From a virus, in the IMG/VR virus record IMGVR_UViG_3300045988_042791, positions 1 to 39,227 of that record: a DNA stretch of 39,227 nt; one strand, given 5' to 3'. Shown in pieces: positions 1 to 6,124 of this stretch. The first letter of the stretch is position 1, and every line of letters starts with the position of its first letter. The position numbers were made by a program, and so were the translations under genes. The notes under the pieces are model-generated. The model saw only the letters and a list, made by a program, of their open reading frames with translations. It had not been told where the DNA came from and ran no database searches.

Positions 1-41
1 TCTGGCGGTTTCCAAAAGTGCCTCCAGCGGGACTCGAACCC
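1..41. repeat. attL core: 41-bp direct repeat identical to 39187-39227 (may extend beyond the window edges)
   Basis: Exact 41/41 match read at both ends. It carries a tRNA T-arm plus acceptor 3' half on the minus strand (GGGTTCGAGTCCCGCTGGAGGCA). Confidence 0.9.
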
Positions 42-55
42 ACCGGCGAAAAGCC

Positions 56-1225
56 TCAGACACCAACCGTTTCAACGGTTCCATCGACACCTTGCGTCGC
101 TTTTGCCCACATTTTGCCCACATTCTGCGAAAAAAGCAAACCGCCCATCCTCTCCGACAAATCGTCCAGATCATCGTCGAAGAGATCGGCGTAAACATCC
201 AATGTCATGGCGGCCGACTTGTGCCCCAACTGCCTTTGCACGGTCTTGACGTTAGCGCCGGACTGCACCATGAGACTAGCGGCCGTATGGCGTAGATCGT
301 GAATCGTCATGTGGCCACGGTCCACGCCCGCGCGACGAAGAGCCACCGCGAACCACCCATCGCTTCGCGTCGGATTCCAGCCGTTTCCCATCGGCTCGTC
401 CAAAGGCTCGCCGGGAGCAGTGAAAAGGAAATCGGACGACCTGCGCCCCTCGCATTGCCTGGCGAGCAGTGGACGCAACACCAGTGGGAACATCACCGAA
501 CGTCCATCATGAGTTTTCGGGTCGGTCTCCACCAGCCTGCTGGAAAGACGCGTGATGCTCCTATATATATGCAGCCGACAGCGTTGCAGATCGACATCCT
601 CGACACGGAGCGCCACAAGCTCACCCCACCTCATTCCGCACAGGCCCAAGGTCAGCACGATCGGCTCACGCCAACCGCACTGCATCGCCACACGCGACAA
701 TTCGTCAGCCGAGAGATAGACATGCTTCCGCACCTGCTTGCGCGGCAGCTCGATGCCGTCGCATGGATTGTCGTGGATGCACCGATCGGCCTTTGCCCTC
801 TCCATGAGGCTGCGAAGCAGATTCTCGGCGCGAATCGTCACCGACGCACTGCGTCGTCCGGCCAGATCGGTGACCCACCGCTGCACTTCGTCGCGCGTGA
901 TTGACTGCATCTCCCTCATGCCCCACTGCGGCTCCACATGCACGCGCCAAGCGTCTTCCAGCGACTTGATGTAGCTTGGCTTCGCCTTGGTCTTCTTGGC
1001 GGCCAGCCACGGCTCCCAGAAGTCCTCCACGAGCCTGCGCCCGGCCTGTGGGTCGATGTAGGCTCCGACGCTTTTCGCGGTGGTCACATTGGCCGCTCCC
1101 CACGCATCGGCGTCCATCTTGCGCTTGAAGCCACGCCTTCCGGTGGACGACCCGTCGGGCTTGCGGTAGCGCACCTCGTAGCGTTTGCCGGATTTTGTCG
1201 TGTATTGGCGGATTGTGTAGGCCAT
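56..1225 (-). CDS. int: Tyrosine-type phage integrase
   Basis: 389 aa. C-terminal HDLRHTAAS...LGHKSAAMTLDVYADLF fits the R..HxxR..Y catalytic signature. GAAGGGG RBS. Lies next to attL. Confidence 0.95.
   Translation of the reverse strand: MAYTIRQYTTKSGKRYEVRYRKPDGSSTGRRGFKRKMDADAWGAANVTTAKSVGAYIDPQAGRRLVEDFWEPWLAAKKTKAKPSYIKSLEDAWRVHVEPQWGMREMQSITRDEVQRWVTDLAGRRSASVTIRAENLLRSLMERAKADRCIHDNPCDGIELPRKQVRKHVYLSADELSRVAMQCGWREPIVLTLGLCGMRWGELVALRVEDVDLQRCRLHIYRSITRLSSRLVETDPKTHDGRSVMFPLVLRPLLARQCEGRRSSDFLFTAPGEPLDEPMGNGWNPTRSDGWFAVALRRAGVDRGHMTIHDLRHTAASLMVQSGANVKTVQRQLGHKSAAMTLDVYADLFDDDLDDLSERMGGLLFSQNVGKMWAKATQGVDGTVETVGV
104..121. promoter_or_regulatory. Tandem 11-bp GCCCACATTTT motif; candidate arm-type integrase binding sites (partner pair at 39080-39097)
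   Basis: The 18-nt string TGCCCACATTTTGCCCAC occurs only near the two prophage ends, in the same orientation, 60-100 bp from the core. Confidence 0.45.
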
Positions 1226-1297
1226 GCTCGCCCCTTCGTTTGCGTGGCATCAAGTCTATCAATCCGTTGATTTTTTCTCTGTTTTTTGTGTTTCGGC

Positions 1298-1326
1298 TTG
1301 CAATACTTTATTTACTATGCTAATAT
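1298..1326 (+). promoter_or_regulatory. Sigma70-like promoter (TTGCAA - 17 nt - TAATAT)
   Basis: Near-consensus -35 and -10 boxes in an AT-rich gap between int and the plus-strand small-ORF operon. Confidence 0.6.
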
Positions 1327-1353
1327 AGTTTATATCAAGGAAAGGAGGTGAAC

Positions 1354-1473
1354 ATGACACCATCGGAGATAATCACCAGCATCTCGCTTCTCGTCGCAAG
1401 CATCGCGGCCCTCATCAAAGCAGTGACCGGACTCATCAAGGAGATGAGACGGAAACCGAAGAAGAGGAAGTGA
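1354..1473 (+). CDS. 39-aa single-TM peptide with a polybasic tail (MTPSEIITSISLLVASIAALIKAVTGLIKEMRRKPKKRK); type I toxin-like or exclusion-peptide-like
   Basis: Strong SD (AAGGAAAGGAGG) 5 nt before the ATG. Hydrophobic helix followed by RRKPKKRK. Too short for the ORF track. Confidence 0.6.
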   Translation: MTPSEIITSISLLVASIAALIKAVTGLIKEMRRKPKKRK

Positions 1474-1477
1474 GCAA

Positions 1478-1508
1478 GGGTTCCGGCCAGACCTAGGGGC
1501 CGGAACCC
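1478..1508 (+). other. Perfect 11-bp GC-rich hairpin (GGGTTCCGGCC / GGCCGGAACCC, 9-nt loop) between the two small ORFs
   Basis: Arms read directly from the sequence. No U-tract follows on either strand. Confidence 0.7.
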
Positions 1509-1521
1509 CATATCTCCGATT

Positions 1522-1677
1522 ATGCCATGGAACATCATGAGAACGGAATCGATAGTCAGCGCGGTGTTCGCGCTCGGAACCGCCGCCAGCGCATGGTTCG
1601 GCTGGCCGTTCGCGCTCACCGCCGGATGCGCCGTCGTCAGCGCCGTATTCGCGCTCATCGCCGGAAGGAAGGACTGA
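1522..1677 (+). CDS. 51-aa putative double-TM membrane protein
   Basis: Hydrophobic translation MPWNIMRTESIVSAVFALGTAASAWFGWPFALTAGCAVVSAVFALIAGRKD. It ends 1 nt before the next ATG. The RBS is weak. Confidence 0.4.
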   Translation: MPWNIMRTESIVSAVFALGTAASAWFGWPFALTAGCAVVSAVFALIAGRKD

Positions 1678-1678
1678 C

Positions 1679-1882
1679 ATGACCATCGAATACCTGAGCG
1701 TCACCGACGTGTCCAAGCGCCTCGGCATCAGCACAGCCGCCGTCAGCGCCTACAAGCTCCCCCAACCGGACGCCCTAATAGGCCGCACGCGCGGCTGGCT
1801 GCCAGAGACCATCGACCAATGGAACGCCAGCCGCCCTGGCCGAGGCGTCGGCGGCGGACGTCCGCGCAAACACGCCGAATAA
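1679..1882 (+). CDS. Excisionase/MerR-family HTH DNA-binding protein (candidate recombination directionality factor)
   Basis: 67 aa. LSVTDVSKRLGISTAAVSAY...GRTRGWLPETIDQWNASRPGRG matches the HTH pattern common beside actinobacterial integrases. GGAAGGAAGGA RBS. Confidence 0.75.
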   Translation: MTIEYLSVTDVSKRLGISTAAVSAYKLPQPDALIGRTRGWLPETIDQWNASRPGRGVGGGRPRKHAE

Positions 1883-1891
1883 CAAGAAAAC

Positions 1892-1924
1892 GCCCCTCCC
1901 CCAGCATCATGCTGAGAGAGGGGC
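1892..1924 (-). terminator. Hairpin terminator between the convergent HTH and methyltransferase genes
   Basis: GCCCCTC...GAGGGGC stem. On the minus strand it is followed by GTTTTCTTGTTATT. Confidence 0.5.
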
Positions 1925-1929
1925 AATGT

Positions 1930-2646
1930 TTAACCGAGTTTTCCGATGATCTGTTTTTCTTTATCGTTGAGAGGCCATACGGTCACATCCTCCGCAGCCT
2001 TCAGTTCCGCAGCCTTCAGTTCCGCAGCCTTCAGTTCCGCAGCCTTCAGTTCCGCAGCCTTCAGTTCGCTCATCAGATAGCCGCCGCCGAAGATGGACTT
2101 CTTCACGGCCTTCTGCGAAGCGAGCCTAGGCGTGAATGCCACGTCCGAAGCCTTGACGCGAAAATCCACGCCAGCCTTGCCGACCTTATTCAGTCGTGTG
2201 ACGGTCAACAATTCCGGCGGATACGCATACTTCGGCAGATGTTTCCTGCTTTCGCGCCTGACTCGTTTCGCCGTATCGTTGACCAGCTTCGTCAGATCCG
2301 GTGCGGTGCGGATCAGATCATCGCCGAAACTCGTCACGAAGCTGGTGTTGACGATGGCGCCGTTGGCGTATTCGATCGCGCAATCAGTGACCAGCATATG
2401 CGCGCCGTTGCGCGACGTGCTGTTGAAAATCGTGAGGTTCGGCGCGAACAGGAAGAACGGAATACCACGGTCACGATAGAACGTGCATATCTTCGACAGA
2501 ATCGAGAACGGCGGATTATCCACCACCACCTTGCCGTCCGAATAGTCGAAACTCTCGTAGTCGCCGCCCGGATAGAATGGTCGCACCACCTTGCTGGGTT
2601 CGATGCCATACTCACGGCATGCCCAGTCCTTTATCGCCTCATACAC
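1930..2646 (-). CDS. N6-adenine-type DNA methyltransferase, main body (out of frame with its N-terminus)
   Basis: VVVDNPPFS is the (D/N)PP(Y/F) catalytic motif. The first residues, VYEAIKDW, continue the upstream CYTPP fragment if one C is added. Confidence 0.85.
   Translation of the reverse strand: MYEAIKDWACREYGIEPSKVVRPFYPGGDYESFDYSDGKVVVDNPPFSILSKICTFYRDRGIPFFLFAPNLTIFNSTSRNGAHMLVTDCAIEYANGAIVNTSFVTSFGDDLIRTAPDLTKLVNDTAKRVRRESRKHLPKYAYPPELLTVTRLNKVGKAGVDFRVKASDVAFTPRLASQKAVKKSIFGGGYLMSELKAAELKAAELKAAELKAAELKAAEDVTVWPLNDKEKQIIGKLG
1992..2066. repeat. Perfect 15-bp tandem repeat x5 (CCGCAGCCTTCAGTT), encoding (ELKAA)5 in the methyltransferase
   Basis: Five identical units read directly. 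The unit length is a multiple of 3. Confidence 0.95.
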
Positions 2647-2741
2647 TGCGGGGGGGTATAGCAGTCATCCGTGGTCTTCTTCGGTTTGAATTTCTCCACG
2701 AACGCACCGTAATCGTCAATCGTCTGCTGTCTGATGCCCAT
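2631..2741 (-). CDS. N-terminal fragment of the same methyltransferase (MGIRQQTIDDYGAFVEKFKPKKTTDDCYTPP...)
   Basis: It ends 5 codons after the C7 tract. The TTDDCYTPP motif is typical of the N-terminus of small phage adenine methylases. Confidence 0.7.
   Translation of the reverse strand: MGIRQQTIDDYGAFVEKFKPKKTTDDCYTPPQCMRR
2650..2656. repeat. G7 (C7 in coding sense) homopolymer at the methyltransferase frameshift point
   Basis: Counted directly in the sequence cactgcGGGGGGGtat. Confidence 0.9.
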
Positions 2742-2762
2742 TTTGAAAGTCCTAAAAATAAA

Positions 2763-2789
2763 GCCCCTCCTCCATGATGGAGAAGGGGC
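2763..2789 (-). terminator. Rho-independent terminator ending the late/lysis operon
   Basis: 12-bp stem with one mismatch (GCCCCTTCTCCAT / ATGGAGGAGGGGC). On the minus strand it is followed by TTTATTTTT. Confidence 0.7.
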
Positions 2790-2879
2790 AAATGTTAAAA
2801 AACGGGTGTAAAAAATTCCACGGACACTACAGTGCCGCAAATTTTTCCACACCCGAGTTTGAGTCTCACGCCAGAAAAA

Positions 2880-3158
2880 TCAATCACGGCGCAGCGGATT
2901 GTAGGCCACGCCGAGACCGCTGGCGATGAAGCCGGCCACAGTCGAAATGTAGCCTCCGACCGCAGCGTCGCCGAAGGTCATGAAACCCAAGCCGACGCAT
3001 GAAGCGATGAGACCGGCAACGTAGACCACGGTGCGCACGCCCTTGGAAAAGACGGGCGTGTAAGCCGTCGGCGGCTGGTTGTCCTGACCATCCTCGCACT
3101 CGTTGGTCAGGTTGTTGACGGTGGTTTCCAAAGTCGTTGGCGCTGCATGTTGAGCCAT
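2880..3158 (-). CDS. Putative holin (two TM segments)
   Basis: 92 aa with two hydrophobic helices in the C-terminal half. Lies immediately downstream of the endolysin. AAGGGGGG RBS. Confidence 0.6.
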   Translation of the reverse strand: MAQHAAPTTLETTVNNLTNECEDGQDNQPPTAYTPVFSKGVRTVVYVAGLIASCVGLGFMTFGDAAVGGYISTVAGFIASGLGVAYNPLRRD

Positions 3159-3170
3159 ATTAAACCCCCC

Positions 3171-3971
3171 TTAGAATCGGTTTTGATTGAGTGCCGTCTG
3201 CAAGGCCCGAGCCGTACCAGGACCGAATGATGCGTCCTGCGCCAAGCCGTAGTGCGCTTGGATGGCGCGAATGGTGGCAGGGCCAAGCAGACCATCAACA
3301 CCACAGCCCAGGCGACGCTGCACGGCGCGGATCAGATCACTGCCGCCAGCACCGTAGCGAACCACGCTCGAATCGATTGCCGGACGCGCGTAAGTCCTGC
3401 CGTCAGGCACCTGCTGGCCGCTGATGACGCCATCCACCGAAGTACCCATCACCTGCTGCCAACGGCGCACCGTGGCCGGGCCGACATTGCCATCCACTGC
3501 GATGGCACCGGAATTTGCGGCTGGAGCGGAAGACTGGGCGCCCTGGTATCGCAGATAGCAATTCCACGGATAGTTGTAGTAGGCGCGGATGTTGGTTTCG
3601 CGGCCAGTCTGGTCACCAGCCCTGCCATACGCGGTGCCACGCTCGCTGATGGACGCCTGCGCGAGCTTGCCGCCGCCAAGATAGACGGCCACGTGGTGCA
3701 CGTCGTTGAGCAGGATGTCGCCCGGCTGCGGACTGCCGTTCGCGGGCAGACGGGTCCAGCCGCGACGGGTCAGATTGCCGCTCAGATTGCCGGTGTAGGT
3801 GGCCGTGCCGGTGTCGAAGCCCGCCTCACGCAGGCAGTGGATCACCAGACTGGAGCAGTCGCAATTACCCGCCGAAGCGTTGAAATTCCAACGGTCGGAC
3901 TGGCTGTAGCCGAGATTGGCGACTGCGCACCAGTAGCGCATGCGATTGATGAAAGTGCTTACGCTTGCCAT
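3171..3971 (-). CDS. Endolysin: NlpC/P60- or CHAP-like cysteine peptidase plus tandem peptidoglycan-binding repeats
   Basis: CDCSSLV...HHVAVYLGGG Cys/His pattern. C-terminal GPATVRRWQQVMG / GPATIRAIQAHYG / GPGTARALQTAL repeats resemble PG_binding_1. Confidence 0.85.
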   Translation of the reverse strand: MASVSTFINRMRYWCAVANLGYSQSDRWNFNASAGNCDCSSLVIHCLREAGFDTGTATYTGNLSGNLTRRGWTRLPANGSPQPGDILLNDVHHVAVYLGGGKLAQASISERGTAYGRAGDQTGRETNIRAYYNYPWNCYLRYQGAQSSAPAANSGAIAVDGNVGPATVRRWQQVMGTSVDGVISGQQVPDGRTYARPAIDSSVVRYGAGGSDLIRAVQRRLGCGVDGLLGPATIRAIQAHYGLAQDASFGPGTARALQTALNQNRF

Positions 3972-3972
3972 G

Positions 3973-4092
3973 TCAGTCCTCCAATCCTTCGACGGCCTTG
4001 GCCGCGTCCTCCTCGGACACGACTTGAATGGTTTCGGGCGGCATCGAATCGCCCTGCGGTGTCATTTCCGGCGTCATGGTCACATCGATCAC
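3973..4092 (-). CDS. 39-aa acidic small ORF upstream of the endolysin
   Basis: GTG start 6 nt after GGAAAGGAGG. The stop lies 1 nt before the endolysin ATG. No recognisable family. Confidence 0.3.
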   Translation of the reverse strand: MIDVTMTPEMTPQGDSMPPETIQVVSEEDAAKAVEGLED

Positions 4093-4129
4093 GACCGCCT
4101 CCTTTCCGCCTCTTTCGAGGCAAACGAAA

Positions 4130-4153
4130 GGGCCACCACTGAAGTGATGGCCC
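4130..4153 (-). terminator. Intrinsic terminator inside the late operon, just upstream of the lysis genes
   Basis: Minus sense reads GGGCCATCAC-TTCA-GTGGTGGCCC followed by TTTCGTTTG. Confidence 0.6.
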
Positions 4154-4165
4154 TGAAAATCGGTG

Positions 4166-4252
4166 TCAGCGCATGTGAGCGCCGTGATTAAAAATGAGAA
4201 TGAGCGCGAGGAGAATCAGGTAGGCTCCTCCCGCGATGGCGAGGTGTGTCAT
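4166..4252 (-). CDS. 28-aa hydrophobic peptide (MTHLAIAGGAYLILLALILIFNHGAHMR)
   Basis: ATGA start/stop overlap with the upstream gene. Single TM helix. Too short for the ORF track. Confidence 0.35.
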   Translation of the reverse strand: MTHLAIAGGAYLILLALILIFNHGAHMR

Positions 4253-4638
4253 TGCCGTTCCTCCAAGTATTTTTCGGCGGCGTTGACTATCCAGCATTGC
4301 GCGTCGAGTTTTTCGAGCTTAGCCAGCTCGTATCGGACGGCCTCACTGTGGTCGTGGCTTTGGTCGCCGTAGATCAGGGAAATCAGCGTGTTTTTTATGG
4401 TGTCGCGGCAGAGTTCGTCCATGCGCTCGTCAAAGCGTTCCGTCCGCTCGCCTAATTGGCGGGTTTTGGCGAAATGCTGGGAAAGCACACTGTTATACGG
4501 CAAGCGCTCAGGATTGACGTGGGCATAAAGACCAGTAGCCAATGATTCGAGCGCCCCCGGCCAGATTTTGAGACATAGTGTGATTACCGCGCACGCGCCG
4601 CCCACACCACCAAACCCTGCTAGAAACGTTTGAAACAC
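4249..4638 (-). CDS. Membrane-anchored protein of unknown function (N-terminal TM plus helical soluble domain)
   Basis: 129 aa. The N-terminal GFGGVGGACAVITLCL segment is hydrophobic. Lies between the cassette array and the lysis genes. Confidence 0.65.
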   Translation of the reverse strand: MFQTFLAGFGGVGGACAVITLCLKIWPGALESLATGLYAHVNPERLPYNSVLSQHFAKTRQLGERTERFDERMDELCRDTIKNTLISLIYGDQSHDHSEAVRYELAKLEKLDAQCWIVNAAEKYLEERQ

Positions 4639-4659
4639 ATCACATCTCCTTGAAATCGT

Positions 4660-5052
4660 TTAATCTTTTGGCATGGTGTCGCCATCGAAATAATTGCCCG
4701 GCAATCCCAACGAGACGAGCTGCTGCCACTGGTCTTGAGGCACGCACAAGCCCTTGCTCAGATTGACCGTGCAATTGTTCAGCCCGACGAGAATGCCGTG
4801 AGTGGTGCTGGCGGCGGTGAAGACGTAATCCACGCGACCATTCGAACTGACCAGCCCACTATCACTGCCATTGGTGGTGAGACGCAAGCGCGGATTGTCG
4901 CCACTCGTGGACAGCATGTAACAGACGACGCTCACATGGTATTTCACGCCCGCCGTCAACCCCGTGAACGTGATGTCCGATGGTGTCGTGTTCGTCGTCT
5001 TGACGCTCACACCGTCTTTCGGCATGACGCAGGAATTCACGATGAAACTCAT
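4660..5052 (-). CDS. Cassette A: small beta-rich CBM-like or receptor-binding-like protein ending ...NYFDGDTMPKD
   Basis: 130 aa. GGGGGTGA RBS. Shares N-terminal xN(L/S)(C/W)xxP and C-terminal F-x-GDTMP motifs with cassettes B and C. Confidence 0.75.
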   Translation of the reverse strand: MSFIVNSCVMPKDGVSVKTTNTTPSDITFTGLTAGVKYHVSVVCYMLSTSGDNPRLRLTTNGSDSGLVSSNGRVDYVFTAASTTHGILVGLNNCTVNLSKGLCVPQDQWQQLVSLGLPGNYFDGDTMPKD

Positions 5053-5071
5053 GCCATCACCCCCGTAAGGG

Positions 5072-5440
5072 TTAGGCGAGCGGCATCGTGTCCCCGGTGA
5101 AATATCCGATGCTGTCGAGCAGGGTCTTGTTCGCCTGGTATTCGTCCCACGTGCAGATGAGCATGTTCGTCACTGTGACGGTCGGACTGCCTGACTTGAC
5201 GTGATAACTCATTGATATCGGATGGGAATTGTTGATGAGCATCTTGTAGCTGACACGTTGTCTTGCGTTGATGTCGCCATCCGCTCCGATTATCGAGATA
5301 GTGCCGCCTGTGACGTTCACCTCGACGCTGATCTGATATGTCGCCCCATTCACGCTCGGAAGGGTCGTGATATTCACCCACTTGTCGGCTTTCAGGGTGA
5401 TGGTCGAGGATGGGCTCGTGCATAGGTTCGTGACCATCAT
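5072..5440 (-). CDS. Cassette B: paralogous small CBM-like protein ending ...GYFTGDTMPLA
   Basis: 122 aa. This frame gives a beta-strand-like composition, whereas the overlapping 5049-5450 frame is Arg/His-rich. Confidence 0.75.
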   Translation of the reverse strand: MMVTNLCTSPSSTITLKADKWVNITTLPSVNGATYQISVEVNVTGGTISIIGADGDINARQRVSYKMLINNSHPISMSYHVKSGSPTVTVTNMLICTWDEYQANKTLLDSIGYFTGDTMPLA

Positions 5441-5467
5441 CGGACATCACCCGCCCGACGAATCGCC

Positions 5468-5896
5468 TTAATCGCGTGGCATCGTGTCGCCCGTGAAGAA
5501 GCCCGGAAGCCCCCCCCCGAGCGCCGCGTCATACGTGTCGGCGGCTTCCACGCTCAATTCGCTGATGGCCATACCGGAGGGGACGGCCAGGCGCGTGTCA
5601 TTGGCGGTCGGGGTGAAGCGGATCGTATGTTTCCCGACCGTCTGGGCACTTGGGTGTTCGCTCGTGCCGCCGGAAAAGATGCCGATGCTTTTATTCGTCG
5701 TATCGTTGCTGACGATCCTGAACGTGCACACGTATTCCACGCCGACCTCGCACGCGAAAGGCAGGTCGATGTATTCGCCTCTGGTGTTGGCCAGCGTGCC
5801 ACCGGTCATGTACTTCGATATGTCGCCGCCCTTTTTGACGACATGGAAGCCGGTGGGGTCGAACTTTGGGTTCAGCCACAGGTTAATCCTCTGCAT
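5468..5896 (-). CDS. Cassette C: paralogous small CBM-like protein ending ...GFFTGDTMPRD
   Basis: 142 aa. The N-terminus INLWLNPKFDPTG resembles the NLxxNPSFE start of actinophage minor-tail CBM-like domains. GGGAG RBS. Confidence 0.75.
   Translation of the reverse strand: MQRINLWLNPKFDPTGFHVVKKGGDISKYMTGGTLANTRGEYIDLPFACEVGVEYVCTFRIVSNDTTNKSIGIFSGGTSEHPSAQTVGKHTIRFTPTANDTRLAVPSGMAISELSVEAADTYDAALGGGLPGFFTGDTMPRD
5510..5518. repeat. C9 (G9 in coding sense) homopolymer inside cassette C, encoding GGG
   Basis: Counted directly in gaagCCCCCCCCCga. It lies 13 codons before the stop, just upstream of the conserved tail. Confidence 0.9.
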
Positions 5897-6053
5897 TCTC
5901 GTCTCCCTTCACGCTTTCGAGCACGTCGGCGGGAATCAATTTCATGGCCGCGTTGAGCTGACTGGTCAGGATTGCGATTTGCTTGTTGAGAGTGCCGATT
6001 TGCGCGGAAAGCGTGTCGATGACGTCGTTCGCGTCGGCTGGAATCTGAGTCAA
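5883..6053 (-). CDS. 56-aa coiled-coil-like small protein
   Basis: TTG start 5 nt after AAGGAGA. Heptad-like sequence TLSAQIGTLNKQIAILTSQLNAAMK. Its end overlaps the start of cassette C. Confidence 0.4.
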   Translation of the reverse strand: MTQIPADANDVIDTLSAQIGTLNKQIAILTSQLNAAMKLIPADVLESVKGDENAED

Positions 6054-6124
6054 AATGTCTCCTTAAATACGAAACCCCCGCAATCCGCGTGGATTGCAGG
6101 GGTTGAAAAAATTGGAATGCTGGA

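Noticed and set aside
1330-1734. Minus-strand ORFs 1330-1734 and 1335-1658 beside int
   Set aside because: They have no RBS and an Arg/Gly-rich or odd composition. The plus strand has a consensus promoter, a strong SD and coherent hydrophobic peptides followed by a coupled HTH gene.
1992-2066. CRISPR-like array
   Set aside because: The units are contiguous 15-bp repeats without spacers, and they lie inside a coding frame.
5049-5450. 133-aa ORF overlapping cassette B in another frame
   Set aside because: Its translation is Arg/His/Asp-rich and low-complexity. The 5072-5440 frame gives a beta-rich protein with the conserved N- and C-terminal motifs shared with cassettes A and C.
4660-5896. 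Rin-type shufflon or invertible receptor-binding cassette system
   Set aside because: All three cassettes and their conserved 14-nt ends are in the same orientation. I found no inverted copy of the motif in the fibre gene and no second recombinase in the window. The only recombinase is the att-adjacent integrase.
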